Source: Candidatus Saccharimonadota bacterium
GTDB lineage: Bacteria; Patescibacteriota; Saccharimonadia; Saccharimonadales; CAIOMD01
Length of the DNA: 64,000 nucleotides
Assembly (NCBI GenBank): GCA_031973215.1
Contig: DALYDK010000001.1
Span: 150,610 to 214,609 of the forward strand
Direction of reading: 5' to 3'
The notes under the pieces were generated by a model. The model was not told the origin of the DNA. It was given only the letters and a program-made list of their open reading frames with translations, and made no database searches. Positions 51,293 through 59,655 of the stretch are shown here, piece after piece. Position 1 is the stretch's first letter. Each line of letters begins with the position of its first letter. A program made the position numbers and the translations under genes.

Positions 51293-52816
51293 ATGACTCA
51301 AACAGAAGCGTTGGCAATAATGCTAGCTGGTAATTCAGTATTGCTAACTGGTGCCGCAGGAACAGGAAAAACGTATACTCTTAACAAGTACATAAGACTT
51401 GCCAGAGCTGCTGGTAAATCCGTATCTGTTACTGCAACAACAGGCCTAGCGGCTACTCACATTAATGGTTGTACAATTCATTCATGGGCTGGTATTGGCA
51501 TTAGAAATAGCCTTAATAAATCTTTCTTTGACAATATGCCAAAAAATCGTATACAAATAATAAATAATACAGATGTACTAATTATTGACGAAGTCAGTAT
51601 GTTGCATGACTATAGGTTGGATTTAGTAGATAATGTCTGTCGTGTAGCCCGACAGACAGACGAGCCATTCGGTGGAATTCAGGTTATTTTCTGCGGCGAT
51701 TTTTTTCAGTTACCTCCAATCCAAGAAGATGAATACAGCGGCAATGCGTTTATTACTAATTCTTCAGTTTGGCAAGAACTAGAACCTGACATTTGTTATT
51801 TGAAGAAGCAGTTCAGACAACAAAATGATAATGACTATGCCGAAATCTTAAACGGAATTCGAGATGGCTATTTAAGACCTTCGCAAATTAATCAGATCAC
51901 TAGCAGATTAAGCTACCAGCCATCTGCCGAAGAACTTTCTGAAATTACAAGAATTTACACCATGAACAGAAATGTCGATCCGGTAAATAGTAAAAGGCTT
52001 TCGGAAATTGATTCAGACGCCAAAACATACTACGCCACATATAGCGGAAGAAAAGATAAAATTGAACTATTAAAAAAATCTAGCCTAGCCAGCGAAGAAC
52101 TAAGCCTAAAAATTGGTGCATTTGTTATGTTCATTAAAAATAGTTTAGAAAAAAAATATATAAATGGTTCTCTTGGCATTGTTGAATCTTTCGACAAAGA
52201 AACTGGCTACCCACAAGTTAGGTTAAAAAACGGCAATAAGGTACTAGCTAAACCAGATACATGGGAACTAACAGACGGCGACAAAGCAGTAGCTAGTATG
52301 TCGCAAATACCACTTAAACTTGCCTGGGCAATAACTGTCCATAAAAGTCAGGGGATGTCTCTCGATTCAGCAGTTATAAATTTATCGGAAACTTTTGTTG
52401 AAGGCATGGGATACGTAGCTCTTTCAAGAGTAAAAAGCATAGATAATTTATATTTAGAGGGAATGAACAATAAAGCCCTACTAGTCAGTGCTGAAGCTAA
52501 AGTTCTTAACAAGAAATTCCTAGAATTTAGCGAACATAGCAAAATAAAACATAAAGATACAATTAATAAATACAAAGAAGAAGCCAAAAATCCTGTAAAT
52601 ACTGTTAAATTGTATAAATGGTCAGATAAATTAAAATCTATGCGTGAAAAATATCCAAATGCCTATAAGCCATGGACAGAAAAGCAAGATAAAAAACTAA
52701 TAGAATTATTTTCGGAAGGTAAAACTATTAGCGAACTCAGTAAAAAATTCGGTAGACACAAAGGTTCAATTAAATCCAGAATTAGCAAACATCTTGGAGA
52801 AGATATATGGGCTTAA
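51293..52816 (+). CDS. PIF1/RecD-like superfamily 1 DNA helicase with C-terminal HTH-like tail
   Basis: Walker A LTGAAGTGKT, LIIDEVSML, FCGDFFQLPPI and VHKSQGMSLD match the PIF1 family. Confidence 0.8.
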   Translation: MTQTEALAIMLAGNSVLLTGAAGTGKTYTLNKYIRLARAAGKSVSVTATTGLAATHINGCTIHSWAGIGIRNSLNKSFFDNMPKNRIQIINNTDVLIIDEVSMLHDYRLDLVDNVCRVARQTDEPFGGIQVIFCGDFFQLPPIQEDEYSGNAFITNSSVWQELEPDICYLKKQFRQQNDNDYAEILNGIRDGYLRPSQINQITSRLSYQPSAEELSEITRIYTMNRNVDPVNSKRLSEIDSDAKTYYATYSGRKDKIELLKKSSLASEELSLKIGAFVMFIKNSLEKKYINGSLGIVESFDKETGYPQVRLKNGNKVLAKPDTWELTDGDKAVASMSQIPLKLAWAITVHKSQGMSLDSAVINLSETFVEGMGYVALSRVKSIDNLYLEGMNNKALLVSAEAKVLNKKFLEFSEHSKIKHKDTINKYKEEAKNPVNTVKLYKWSDKLKSMREKYPNAYKPWTEKQDKKLIELFSEGKTISELSKKFGRHKGSIKSRISKHLGEDIWA

Positions 52817-53379
52817 GTAGTAATCAAGATTATTCACACGATTTTGACCCCGAACTTGACACGAGAAACCTTGTAGATAAATTCAAAGGAAAGTCTAATG
52901 ATTATGTTAAGCAACAACTAGCTCTGAATGCCTTTGACTATTTTGTAGCTATAGAAAATTACCAGCATGATTTTAACATTGGAACAATAGTCAGAAACGC
53001 CAATGCTTTTAACTGCAAAGGAGTGCATATTATTGGTAAAAAACAATGGAACCGAAGAGGTGCTATGGTAACAGATAAATATCTGCAAATATATAACCAT
53101 ACAACGGTAGAAGAGTTCAGACAATGGGCTGAAGATAATTCTGTAAATATAGTAGGAGTAGATAATTTAGACAAAGCTCAGCCAATAAATAATTATAAAT
53201 ACAAAAAGAATACAGTCTTAGTTTTTGGACAAGAAGGGCCCGGGTTATCATCAGAAATTCAAGACATTTGTAAAGACATTGTTTTTATTGAGCAGTTTGG
53301 CTCTACAAGATCAGTCAATGTAGGAGTTGCATCCGGAATAGTTATGAACGATATTGTTACCAAACTTTTCAATGTTTAA
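52807..53379 (+). CDS. SpoU/TrmH-family RNA 2'-O-methyltransferase
   Basis: SPOUT motifs NIGTIVRNANAF, VLVFGQEGPGLS and VNVGVASGIVM. Confidence 0.65.
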   Translation: MGLSSNQDYSHDFDPELDTRNLVDKFKGKSNDYVKQQLALNAFDYFVAIENYQHDFNIGTIVRNANAFNCKGVHIIGKKQWNRRGAMVTDKYLQIYNHTTVEEFRQWAEDNSVNIVGVDNLDKAQPINNYKYKKNTVLVFGQEGPGLSSEIQDICKDIVFIEQFGSTRSVNVGVASGIVMNDIVTKLFNV

Positions 53380-54109
53380 CGGCAGTGTTCTTCATGTTCA
53401 TGTAGTATTTCTTTTCTTCAATTGAAAGTTTTTCAAGTGAATACCTAAGAGCTGTTCTTGGCATATATGCGGCATTTTCGTCTAACATTTTCAATAGAAT
53501 ATCTTTATCTTTTTTACCTATCTCCCTCATGGTCCATCCAACTGCTTTGTGCAGTAAATCGTGCTCCTCGTACATTAGTTTTTGGCATAGTAAGGTAGCA
53601 TATTCTAAATCGTTTTCTCTTATAAAAGCAAAGGTAGAGATTATTGATACCCGTTTTTGCCACAAGTCTCCATCGGCAAGCTGTTTTAGTATATCCCTTT
53701 CGGGCTTATCTACAAGATATTCGCCAACTACATGTGGTGCTGATATATCTACTAAATCCCAGTTGTTAATTGAGCTCGATATGTTCTCTAAATACATATT
53801 GTATATTTGTAGTTTTCTCTTTTCGGTAGTTTGTTTATATGTCATTATTTTGTTCATCATCACTAGCGCACATAGTCTAACTTCATGCCATTCTGAAGAA
53901 AGCAACTGTTTGATAATCTTATTACTAACAGTTTTATAGTATTTTTTTGCGATTTTCCTAGTTTCTGGGTTACGAATACCCAGAAATTTATCACCTTCAC
54001 CGTATTCACCTTTTCCTGTTTTAAAAAATCTTTGCAAAAATATTGCATCTTCAGGTTTGGCTAGATCTTTTAGCTCAGCAATAATTGTGTTAGCTAGTTT
54101 TGTTTCCAT
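53369..54109 (-). CDS. DNA alkylation repair protein (AlkC/AlkD-like HEAT-repeat glycosylase)
   Basis: FLQRFFKTGKGEYGEGDKFLGIRNPETRKIAK, WHEVRLCALV and NWDLVD are typical of the pfam08713 family. Confidence 0.65.
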   Translation of the reverse strand: METKLANTIIAELKDLAKPEDAIFLQRFFKTGKGEYGEGDKFLGIRNPETRKIAKKYYKTVSNKIIKQLLSSEWHEVRLCALVMMNKIMTYKQTTEKRKLQIYNMYLENISSSINNWDLVDISAPHVVGEYLVDKPERDILKQLADGDLWQKRVSIISTFAFIRENDLEYATLLCQKLMYEEHDLLHKAVGWTMREIGKKDKDILLKMLDENAAYMPRTALRYSLEKLSIEEKKYYMNMKNTAVKH

Positions 54110-54205
54110 TAGTTAATTATCGCAAATAATAAATTATATATACACTTCTGGTATCTATGTTGTTATTATGTACAAACACATACAATAAATAAACAAGGTA
54201 ATTTT

Positions 54206-54928
54206 ATGATTCCAGCTATTCTTATCTGTTCCCCATACATTACAGTTCTACTAATATTGACCAAGTTTTTCGGAATTAAATATACAGATATTATCAAAAA
54301 CAACAAATCTATTAAACGTGGGATAATCTACCCAGTCGGCATTGGTACAATTTTACTAGTTGTTACAACTATTTATCTTGGGCTCATGCCTTCTATATTT
54401 TCTTTTGAACCGAAAAACTCAGAACTTCTGCTTTGGGCAATTCCATTTTTTATGGTTGTTGGTATAGTTTTCCGGTTAAAATTTATCAATAGGGCTGATT
54501 TTGAAAAAAATGGGCTACTACTTCTTGTGTTAGCTACATTTTTAGTAGGATTTTCTGAAGAGCTTCTAGTAAGAGGTCTTGCCGTACATTATCTGTTAGA
54601 AGATGGTTTTAGTCTATTATTAACAGGAATTATATCTTCTGTAATATTCGGCTTACTTCATTTTATGAATTATTTTAATGGTCAAGATTTTAAGAAGACT
54701 TCGCTACAAGTTGTAACTACAATTTTAATGGGATTCAATTTCTTCGTAATATTAATAATTACAGGGTCTTTATGGATACCAATTATTCTCCATTTTATAT
54801 ACGATTTTAGTATTTTATGCATGGGCAAAAAACAACAACTCAGCGAAAAGTCTCTTTCGGCACTTGTTGTAACTATTTCGTTTTTGGCCATGTTCATTTT
54901 GCCATTTGTTGCAATGTTTTTTATATAA
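54206..54928 (+). CDS. CPBP-family (CAAX/Abi) intramembrane metalloprotease
   Basis: Motifs EELLVRG, FGLLHF and HFIYDF across 6-7 transmembrane helices. Confidence 0.7.
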   Translation: MIPAILICSPYITVLLILTKFFGIKYTDIIKNNKSIKRGIIYPVGIGTILLVVTTIYLGLMPSIFSFEPKNSELLLWAIPFFMVVGIVFRLKFINRADFEKNGLLLLVLATFLVGFSEELLVRGLAVHYLLEDGFSLLLTGIISSVIFGLLHFMNYFNGQDFKKTSLQVVTTILMGFNFFVILIITGSLWIPIILHFIYDFSILCMGKKQQLSEKSLSALVVTISFLAMFILPFVAMFFI

Positions 54929-54976
54929 AAATAGAGCGTCAATCTGTATGACGCTCTAATTAATTATTAGTATTAT

Positions 54977-55384
54977 TTACTGATCAAAATACTCTTGAGA
55001 TTTATCGTTGAATAGTAGCTGCAGTACAACCAGTGCAATTAATGCAGAAACTAAGCCAGCCCATCTACCAGGACCATTGTGTGCCAGTACGTACACAAAA
55101 CCAACAACCATATTAAGAGTCATAACCAAACCGTACCAAATTTGTGACCATTTCTGACCTGACATAATTGAATTTGCCAAAAATAGTGTAAATGCACCTA
55201 GCAGTAAAGTTGCTATACCAGACCACAATATCGTTGTATTGGTTAGTCCCTGATCCGCAAATAGCTCTGCTCTTTTTGGATCAATAATAAGAAAGAAGCC
55301 AGATAATACTTTAACTGTTCCAGAAATATATCCTAGAATTCCCAGCAAAGATACAATGCCTGGTCTTTTTGATGTTTTTGCCAT
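54977..55384 (-). CDS. small membrane protein (hypothetical)
   Basis: 135 aa with 4 transmembrane helices and no motif. Confidence 0.35.
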   Translation of the reverse strand: MAKTSKRPGIVSLLGILGYISGTVKVLSGFFLIIDPKRAELFADQGLTNTTILWSGIATLLLGAFTLFLANSIMSGQKWSQIWYGLVMTLNMVVGFVYVLAHNGPGRWAGLVSALIALVVLQLLFNDKSQEYFDQ

Positions 55385-55428
55385 AATACACGCTCTCCTT
55401 TAATTGTTAATAAATTATATCACCTAGT

Positions 55429-56226
55429 TTAATTATTAATTTTTAATTTTCTATTTCGAAGAATAACAGGAATTACACAAATTATTGCTAATGGGTAAAG
55501 GAGTACATTTAACGGGAATCCATCGCTTCCAGTAGCTTGCGGAAGGAAGACTGAGCTGTCCCATAGTCCATGTAGAACAATGGTTAATATTAAAGTACCA
55601 CTCACTCTTCTCATTGCATAAAATGCCGAACCCATAATGAATGTCAGAACTAATTGGCCGGGCATTTGGCTCAAGGGTAAGCCAAAAATAACATTTGGAA
55701 TATGAAGTGCCGAAAATAGCAGGGTACTTATTAGCCAGACCTTGCCTTCAGTCAACTTTGATCTTAACCCTACAATTAAGCTACCCCTTGTTATCATTTC
55801 TTCGCTGAACCCAACGCCTAAACCACCTAAAATACACCATATTAATAGCTGGGATGACAAATTATCAACCTGAGTGGTTGCATAGCTACCAATAATAACT
55901 AGCAACATAGCAACGGGCATAATCCAGAACCATTTAGGCCCTGATTTTACTTTATCGAAAAGAGATACCCTCCACCAGCCTAGGGCAGTTACTGCTATTG
56001 CTACAAAAGCGCTACCAAGCAAAGTTGGCATTGCATACCAAAGTTTTGTAGTATTGGCGCTTTCACCAATTCGTTCATAATCAACTCCAGTGACTGCCCA
56101 TGTGCCGTAAAAAATGGCTAAATATATTAAATATATTGCAACGCCAATTAAAATTGTTGGCTTAACCCTAAGCTTGCTAGTCCTTGATTCTTCAGCGCTA
56201 TTTATTACTTCTTCCTTTTGCGACAT
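55429..56226 (-). CDS. CPBP-family intramembrane metalloprotease (paralog 2)
   Basis: FSEEMITRGSL, FSALHIPN and HGLWD. Confidence 0.7.
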   Translation of the reverse strand: MSQKEEVINSAEESRTSKLRVKPTILIGVAIYLIYLAIFYGTWAVTGVDYERIGESANTTKLWYAMPTLLGSAFVAIAVTALGWWRVSLFDKVKSGPKWFWIMPVAMLLVIIGSYATTQVDNLSSQLLIWCILGGLGVGFSEEMITRGSLIVGLRSKLTEGKVWLISTLLFSALHIPNVIFGLPLSQMPGQLVLTFIMGSAFYAMRRVSGTLILTIVLHGLWDSSVFLPQATGSDGFPLNVLLYPLAIICVIPVILRNRKLKINN

Positions 56227-56244
56227 TTGTCTCTCCTTTTAATA

Positions 56245-57105
56245 CTAATTTATGCTGACGACTTTCTCTTCTGAAATGCGTTTTTTTGAAAAATTACCCC
56301 TTATAAAGAACAATGACAAAAATCCAACTAGTGGCACCAGAATACCAGAAAAGCTAGCAACAATTGCAAATGGACCAACTGCACTTATTTCTGAACTAGT
56401 TATAGATCCTGTTTGAATAAACAAAGATGCATCGTATAGCCAATGTAGCAATATAGTCACCCACAAAAAACCTGTCACTCTTAGGCTTATGTACATGACA
56501 ATACCGAACATAAATGTAATAACTAATTGAACTGCAGTATTTGATAACGATTGGCCAGTTAGAATATTAGTAGAATGCATTAAACCAAAAACAAGTGATG
56601 ATATAACAGCAACCCAGAACTCCGATTTGCCGGATTCCCTTACCATTTTTACCATAAATCCACGAGTTAAAAGTTCTTCGGTAAAACCTACAAAAGCAGT
56701 CGCAATTAAAATAGCTATAATTACTGAAAAAGAAACTTTTGAATAGTCTGCACTTAAAAAGTGCCCAATAATATATAAACTAACAGCAATTGGGCCAATC
56801 CACATCCACTTACTGCCCTTTACTGCTTGTCTTGAAAATAGAGGCTTAAGCCAACCTATAGCCGCTGCAAATCCTGCAAGTAAGACGCTGGTGATTGCAA
56901 TAGGTAACATAAAACCTTTATAGATATATTCTGGAACTGTTAATAGTTCACCCTCCGGTATATCTAGTTTTAGACCCCTGGCAACCAACTGACTAACGCC
57001 CAAGTAAACAATCATATAGCCTACGGCAACAACTAACGCTTTCCACACTTTTGGTTTTTGGAAAAACTTAGGTGTCCTGCCCGAAGCACCATTTATTTCT
57101 TCCAT
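56245..57105 (-). CDS. CPBP-family intramembrane metalloprotease (paralog 3)
   Basis: FTEELLTRGFM, FGLMHSTN and HWLYDAS. Start at MEEINGAS follows an AAGGAG RBS. Confidence 0.7.
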   Translation of the reverse strand: MEEINGASGRTPKFFQKPKVWKALVVAVGYMIVYLGVSQLVARGLKLDIPEGELLTVPEYIYKGFMLPIAITSVLLAGFAAAIGWLKPLFSRQAVKGSKWMWIGPIAVSLYIIGHFLSADYSKVSFSVIIAILIATAFVGFTEELLTRGFMVKMVRESGKSEFWVAVISSLVFGLMHSTNILTGQSLSNTAVQLVITFMFGIVMYISLRVTGFLWVTILLHWLYDASLFIQTGSITSSEISAVGPFAIVASFSGILVPLVGFLSLFFIRGNFSKKRISEEKVVSIN

Positions 57106-57244
57106 TTTTACTCCTTTATATAGTAAATAAACAATATTTGAATTTCTGTTATAAATCAATATTGATTAAAGTTCGCATAAATTAAATAAATACAACAAAT
57201 CAAAGGTTATTTTTGTTATGATAAATAAATAATAAGAGGTATAT

Positions 57245-57733
57245 ATGAAGAAATTATTAGTAAAAAGTAAATTTGGAATTGGTCGTGATTTTTCTGTTTA
57301 CGATGATGAAAATGCTGAGCATAAAGTATATTTCATAGATGCAAAAATGGGCTTTGGTACAAAGGCAGATATAAAAGATGCAAATGATAATATTTTGTAT
57401 ACAGCCAAAGGAAAAATTATTAATATTCCAAGGAAAATGGATTTCTTTACTCCAGACGGTAAGTCGGCAGCCCAGGTTGTTGCTAAGTTTTCTCCAATAA
57501 AATCTCGGCTAACAATGACACTTGCAAATGGAGAAGTTTGGGAGCTGGCCGGTAACTTTGTTGGAAAAAGCTATAAGGTTATGAATGGCGACAAATTAGT
57601 ATTAGAGATCGATCAAAAATGGATTACTATCAGAGATAAGTATTTTGTAAATATCTCTGAGGATGTTGATATTCCACTAGCTCTAGGTCTTGTTTGGGCA
57701 GTAGATATCTGGCGTGAAGGCAAAAACAACTAG
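57245..57733 (+). CDS. LURP-one-related (YxjI/tubby-like, DUF567) family protein
   Basis: 162 aa; the pattern KSKFGIGRDFSVYDD...DGK...NGEVWELAGNF...DQKWITIRDKYFVNI...LGLVWAVD resembles bacterial LOR proteins. Confidence 0.5.
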   Translation: MKKLLVKSKFGIGRDFSVYDDENAEHKVYFIDAKMGFGTKADIKDANDNILYTAKGKIINIPRKMDFFTPDGKSAAQVVAKFSPIKSRLTMTLANGEVWELAGNFVGKSYKVMNGDKLVLEIDQKWITIRDKYFVNISEDVDIPLALGLVWAVDIWREGKNN

Positions 57734-57788
57734 TAAGCATCCAAGCAGTAGCCAACAATCAAGTTAGCCTAATAACCGAATATAAAAA

Positions 57789-57808
57789 ATAGACGCCGTT
57801 GCGTCTCT
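57789..57808 (-). terminator. rho-independent terminator downstream of tRNA-Trp
   Basis: On the minus strand, AGAGACGC-aacg-GCGUCU is followed by AUUUUUUAUA. Confidence 0.55.
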
Positions 57809-57821
57809 AATATGTCATTTT

Positions 57822-57897
57822 TGGCAGGGGAGACAGGACTTGAACCTGCGACACCCGGTTTTGGAGACCGGTGCTCTACCAACTGAGCTACTCCCCT
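57822..57897 (-). tRNA. tRNA-Trp (anticodon CCA), 3' CCA encoded
   Basis: Folded by hand: AGGGGAG-TA-GCTC-AGTTGGTA-GAGC-A-CCGGT-CTCCAAA-ACCGG-GTGTC-GCAGG-TTCAAGT-CCTGT-CTCCCCT-G-CCA. Confidence 0.9.
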
Positions 57898-57937
57898 ATG
57901 TTTGGGTATTATAATAAATTATTAGTTAATAACCAAC

Positions 57938-58095
57938 ATAAACTTACACCGGTCTGCCTGGAGACCGGGTCACCCGTCATTTTATTTTAAAATGCGTTCG
58001 ACCCCTCCTCGGCTCGGTGGCGTTCGCCATCCGGGCTTCCGGCCTTGCAGACTGCTTTCAAGCAGTCTTCACTCTACCAACTGAGCTACTCCCCT
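57938..58095 (-). pseudogene. tRNA-like element: the 5' 24 nt of tRNA-Trp (acceptor + D-arm) fused to a GC-rich structured segment and an anticodon-arm-like hairpin; no T-arm or 3' acceptor strand
   Basis: 58072-58095 is identical to 57874-57897. GC-rich hairpins follow (CCGGAAGCCCGG, GGCGAACGCC) in an AT-rich genome, then CCGGTCT-ccaggc-AGACCGG, which resembles the Trp anticodon stem. Confidence 0.4.
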
Positions 58096-58177
58096 ATCAA
58101 CAAGTATTATATTAATAATTTCATTTTTGGCAAAAAGATTTGCATAAGCTTAACCAACATATATAAACTAAAATAAT

Positions 58178-58942
58178 ATGGATTTTAGTGTTGGCGTACA
58201 AATTTTTGCTGAATCACCCAAGCTAGTTGGACAGTTTGAATTTCCTCTTATTTATAATCTTCTGGCTACTTTCTTATTCGCACTAACCGGAGTAATTCTA
58301 GCCACAAAAAGAGGTTATGACCTTATTGGAGTTGGTATTTTAGCATTAATTACTGGTGCCGGTGGCGGTTTGATTCGTGATGGAATCTTCTTGCAGCAAG
58401 GGCCGGTATTATTTATACAATCACCTCAATTTATATTGGCTGTATTTTATGCTGTTCTGATTGGATCATTTGCTTACCATGTAGTTAAAAAATTTAATGT
58501 ACTTTTTTATACTGCAGATGCTTTAGGTTTGGGAATTTATGGAATTATTGGAGCCCAAATGACCCTCAACGCCGGCCTAGGAAATATGGCAGCTATAATT
58601 GTTGGTTTCTCTAGTGCAATTGGCGGTGGAATGATTCGCGATGTACTTATTAGACGTGAGCCGGTAATATTCTTTCCCGGGCAATATTATGCCTTAGCTG
58701 CATTAATTGGTATTGTAATCTTTTTAATCCTAGCAACCGAAATGGAAATTAATGCTCAAATTGCTGCCGTGATTGCCATAGGTATAACATTTATTTTACG
58801 ACTTGCGGCTATTCGTTTTGACCTAAGAAGTAAGCCGCTTGCAGATTTTGCCGATGTCAACAGAGACCAGTTTTTTCATTTTGTAGAAAGCTTAAAGCCA
58901 GTAGTTAAAAAGGTTCGTAAAAAAGCCAAGAAAAAAAATTAA
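58178..58942 (+). CDS. TRIC-like cation channel family protein (UPF0126/YadS)
   Basis: Two copies of the GGG-x-IRD motif (GAGGGLIRDG and AIGGGMIRDV) across 7 transmembrane helices. Confidence 0.7.
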   Translation: MDFSVGVQIFAESPKLVGQFEFPLIYNLLATFLFALTGVILATKRGYDLIGVGILALITGAGGGLIRDGIFLQQGPVLFIQSPQFILAVFYAVLIGSFAYHVVKKFNVLFYTADALGLGIYGIIGAQMTLNAGLGNMAAIIVGFSSAIGGGMIRDVLIRREPVIFFPGQYYALAALIGIVIFLILATEMEINAQIAAVIAIGITFILRLAAIRFDLRSKPLADFADVNRDQFFHFVESLKPVVKKVRKKAKKKN

Positions 58943-59625
58943 GCTAAGTTATTCTGGTTCCAATTAAGAATGATATTGTTAAGTATTTCTATGGTTTCTT
59001 TTGTGCTTGGTAGTTTGTTGTCGTTATAAAAATGATTAATTTCTAGAGTGGTTTCTACCGGGCTTAAGCAAATTAGCTCATCTGCCAAAATATGCATTCT
59101 GTCTATAGCCTTTACAGAAGCTATTGGTGTAACCATAATTAGTTTTTTGATAGCTATTTTTTTTAGATACTCATATGCCATGTCAAAAGCAGTGCCGTTC
59201 AGGGCGCCATCACTAACCACAATAACAGCTCTGTTTCTAAAATAATTTTCGTTAATTTCACCGCCCTGCGCCAGAGCTACATTTAATTCATGAAAAGCCT
59301 GTCTTTTAGACTCTTCTATAAAGCCTCTGTATTCAGAGTCAAATTCTTCTAGTTCTCCTGCGGAGAAATTATTGTTATAAACAAAACCCCCATTGGCATT
59401 TATGCTACCTATAATTGTTTTGCCGTCTGGTAAGTAAATATCTTTGACCATTAATATGGCAATAAGCGAATGCAGTGCTTTGGCTATTTCTGCCCCAACT
59501 AAAATTGAACCTTGCGATAGGGCTAATACAATAGTGTCTTCGAACCTATACTTTTCGAACAAATTTCTAGCAAGCAATAGTCCCGCTTGTTTACGATTAA
59601 CAAAATAATGGTTTTGGTTTTGCAT
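58939..59625 (-). CDS. phosphoribosyltransferase-domain protein
   Basis: PRTase-type fold with a PRPP-loop-like RAVIVVSDGALNGTAF. Confidence 0.5.
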   Translation of the reverse strand: MQNQNHYFVNRKQAGLLLARNLFEKYRFEDTIVLALSQGSILVGAEIAKALHSLIAILMVKDIYLPDGKTIIGSINANGGFVYNNNFSAGELEEFDSEYRGFIEESKRQAFHELNVALAQGGEINENYFRNRAVIVVSDGALNGTAFDMAYEYLKKIAIKKLIMVTPIASVKAIDRMHILADELICLSPVETTLEINHFYNDNKLPSTKETIEILNNIILNWNQNNLA

Positions 59626-59655
59626 TGGTTATATTATATAGCGAATAATCGTAAG

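Noticed and set aside
57938-58095. Interpreting the tRNA-like element as an intron-containing or long-variable-arm tRNA, or as tmRNA
   Set aside because: The element has no T-arm (no GTTCRANYC-like loop) and no 3' strand complementary to AGGGGAG. The anticodon-like hairpin has a 6-nt loop. It is too short (about 160 nt) and lacks a tag-peptide frame for tmRNA.
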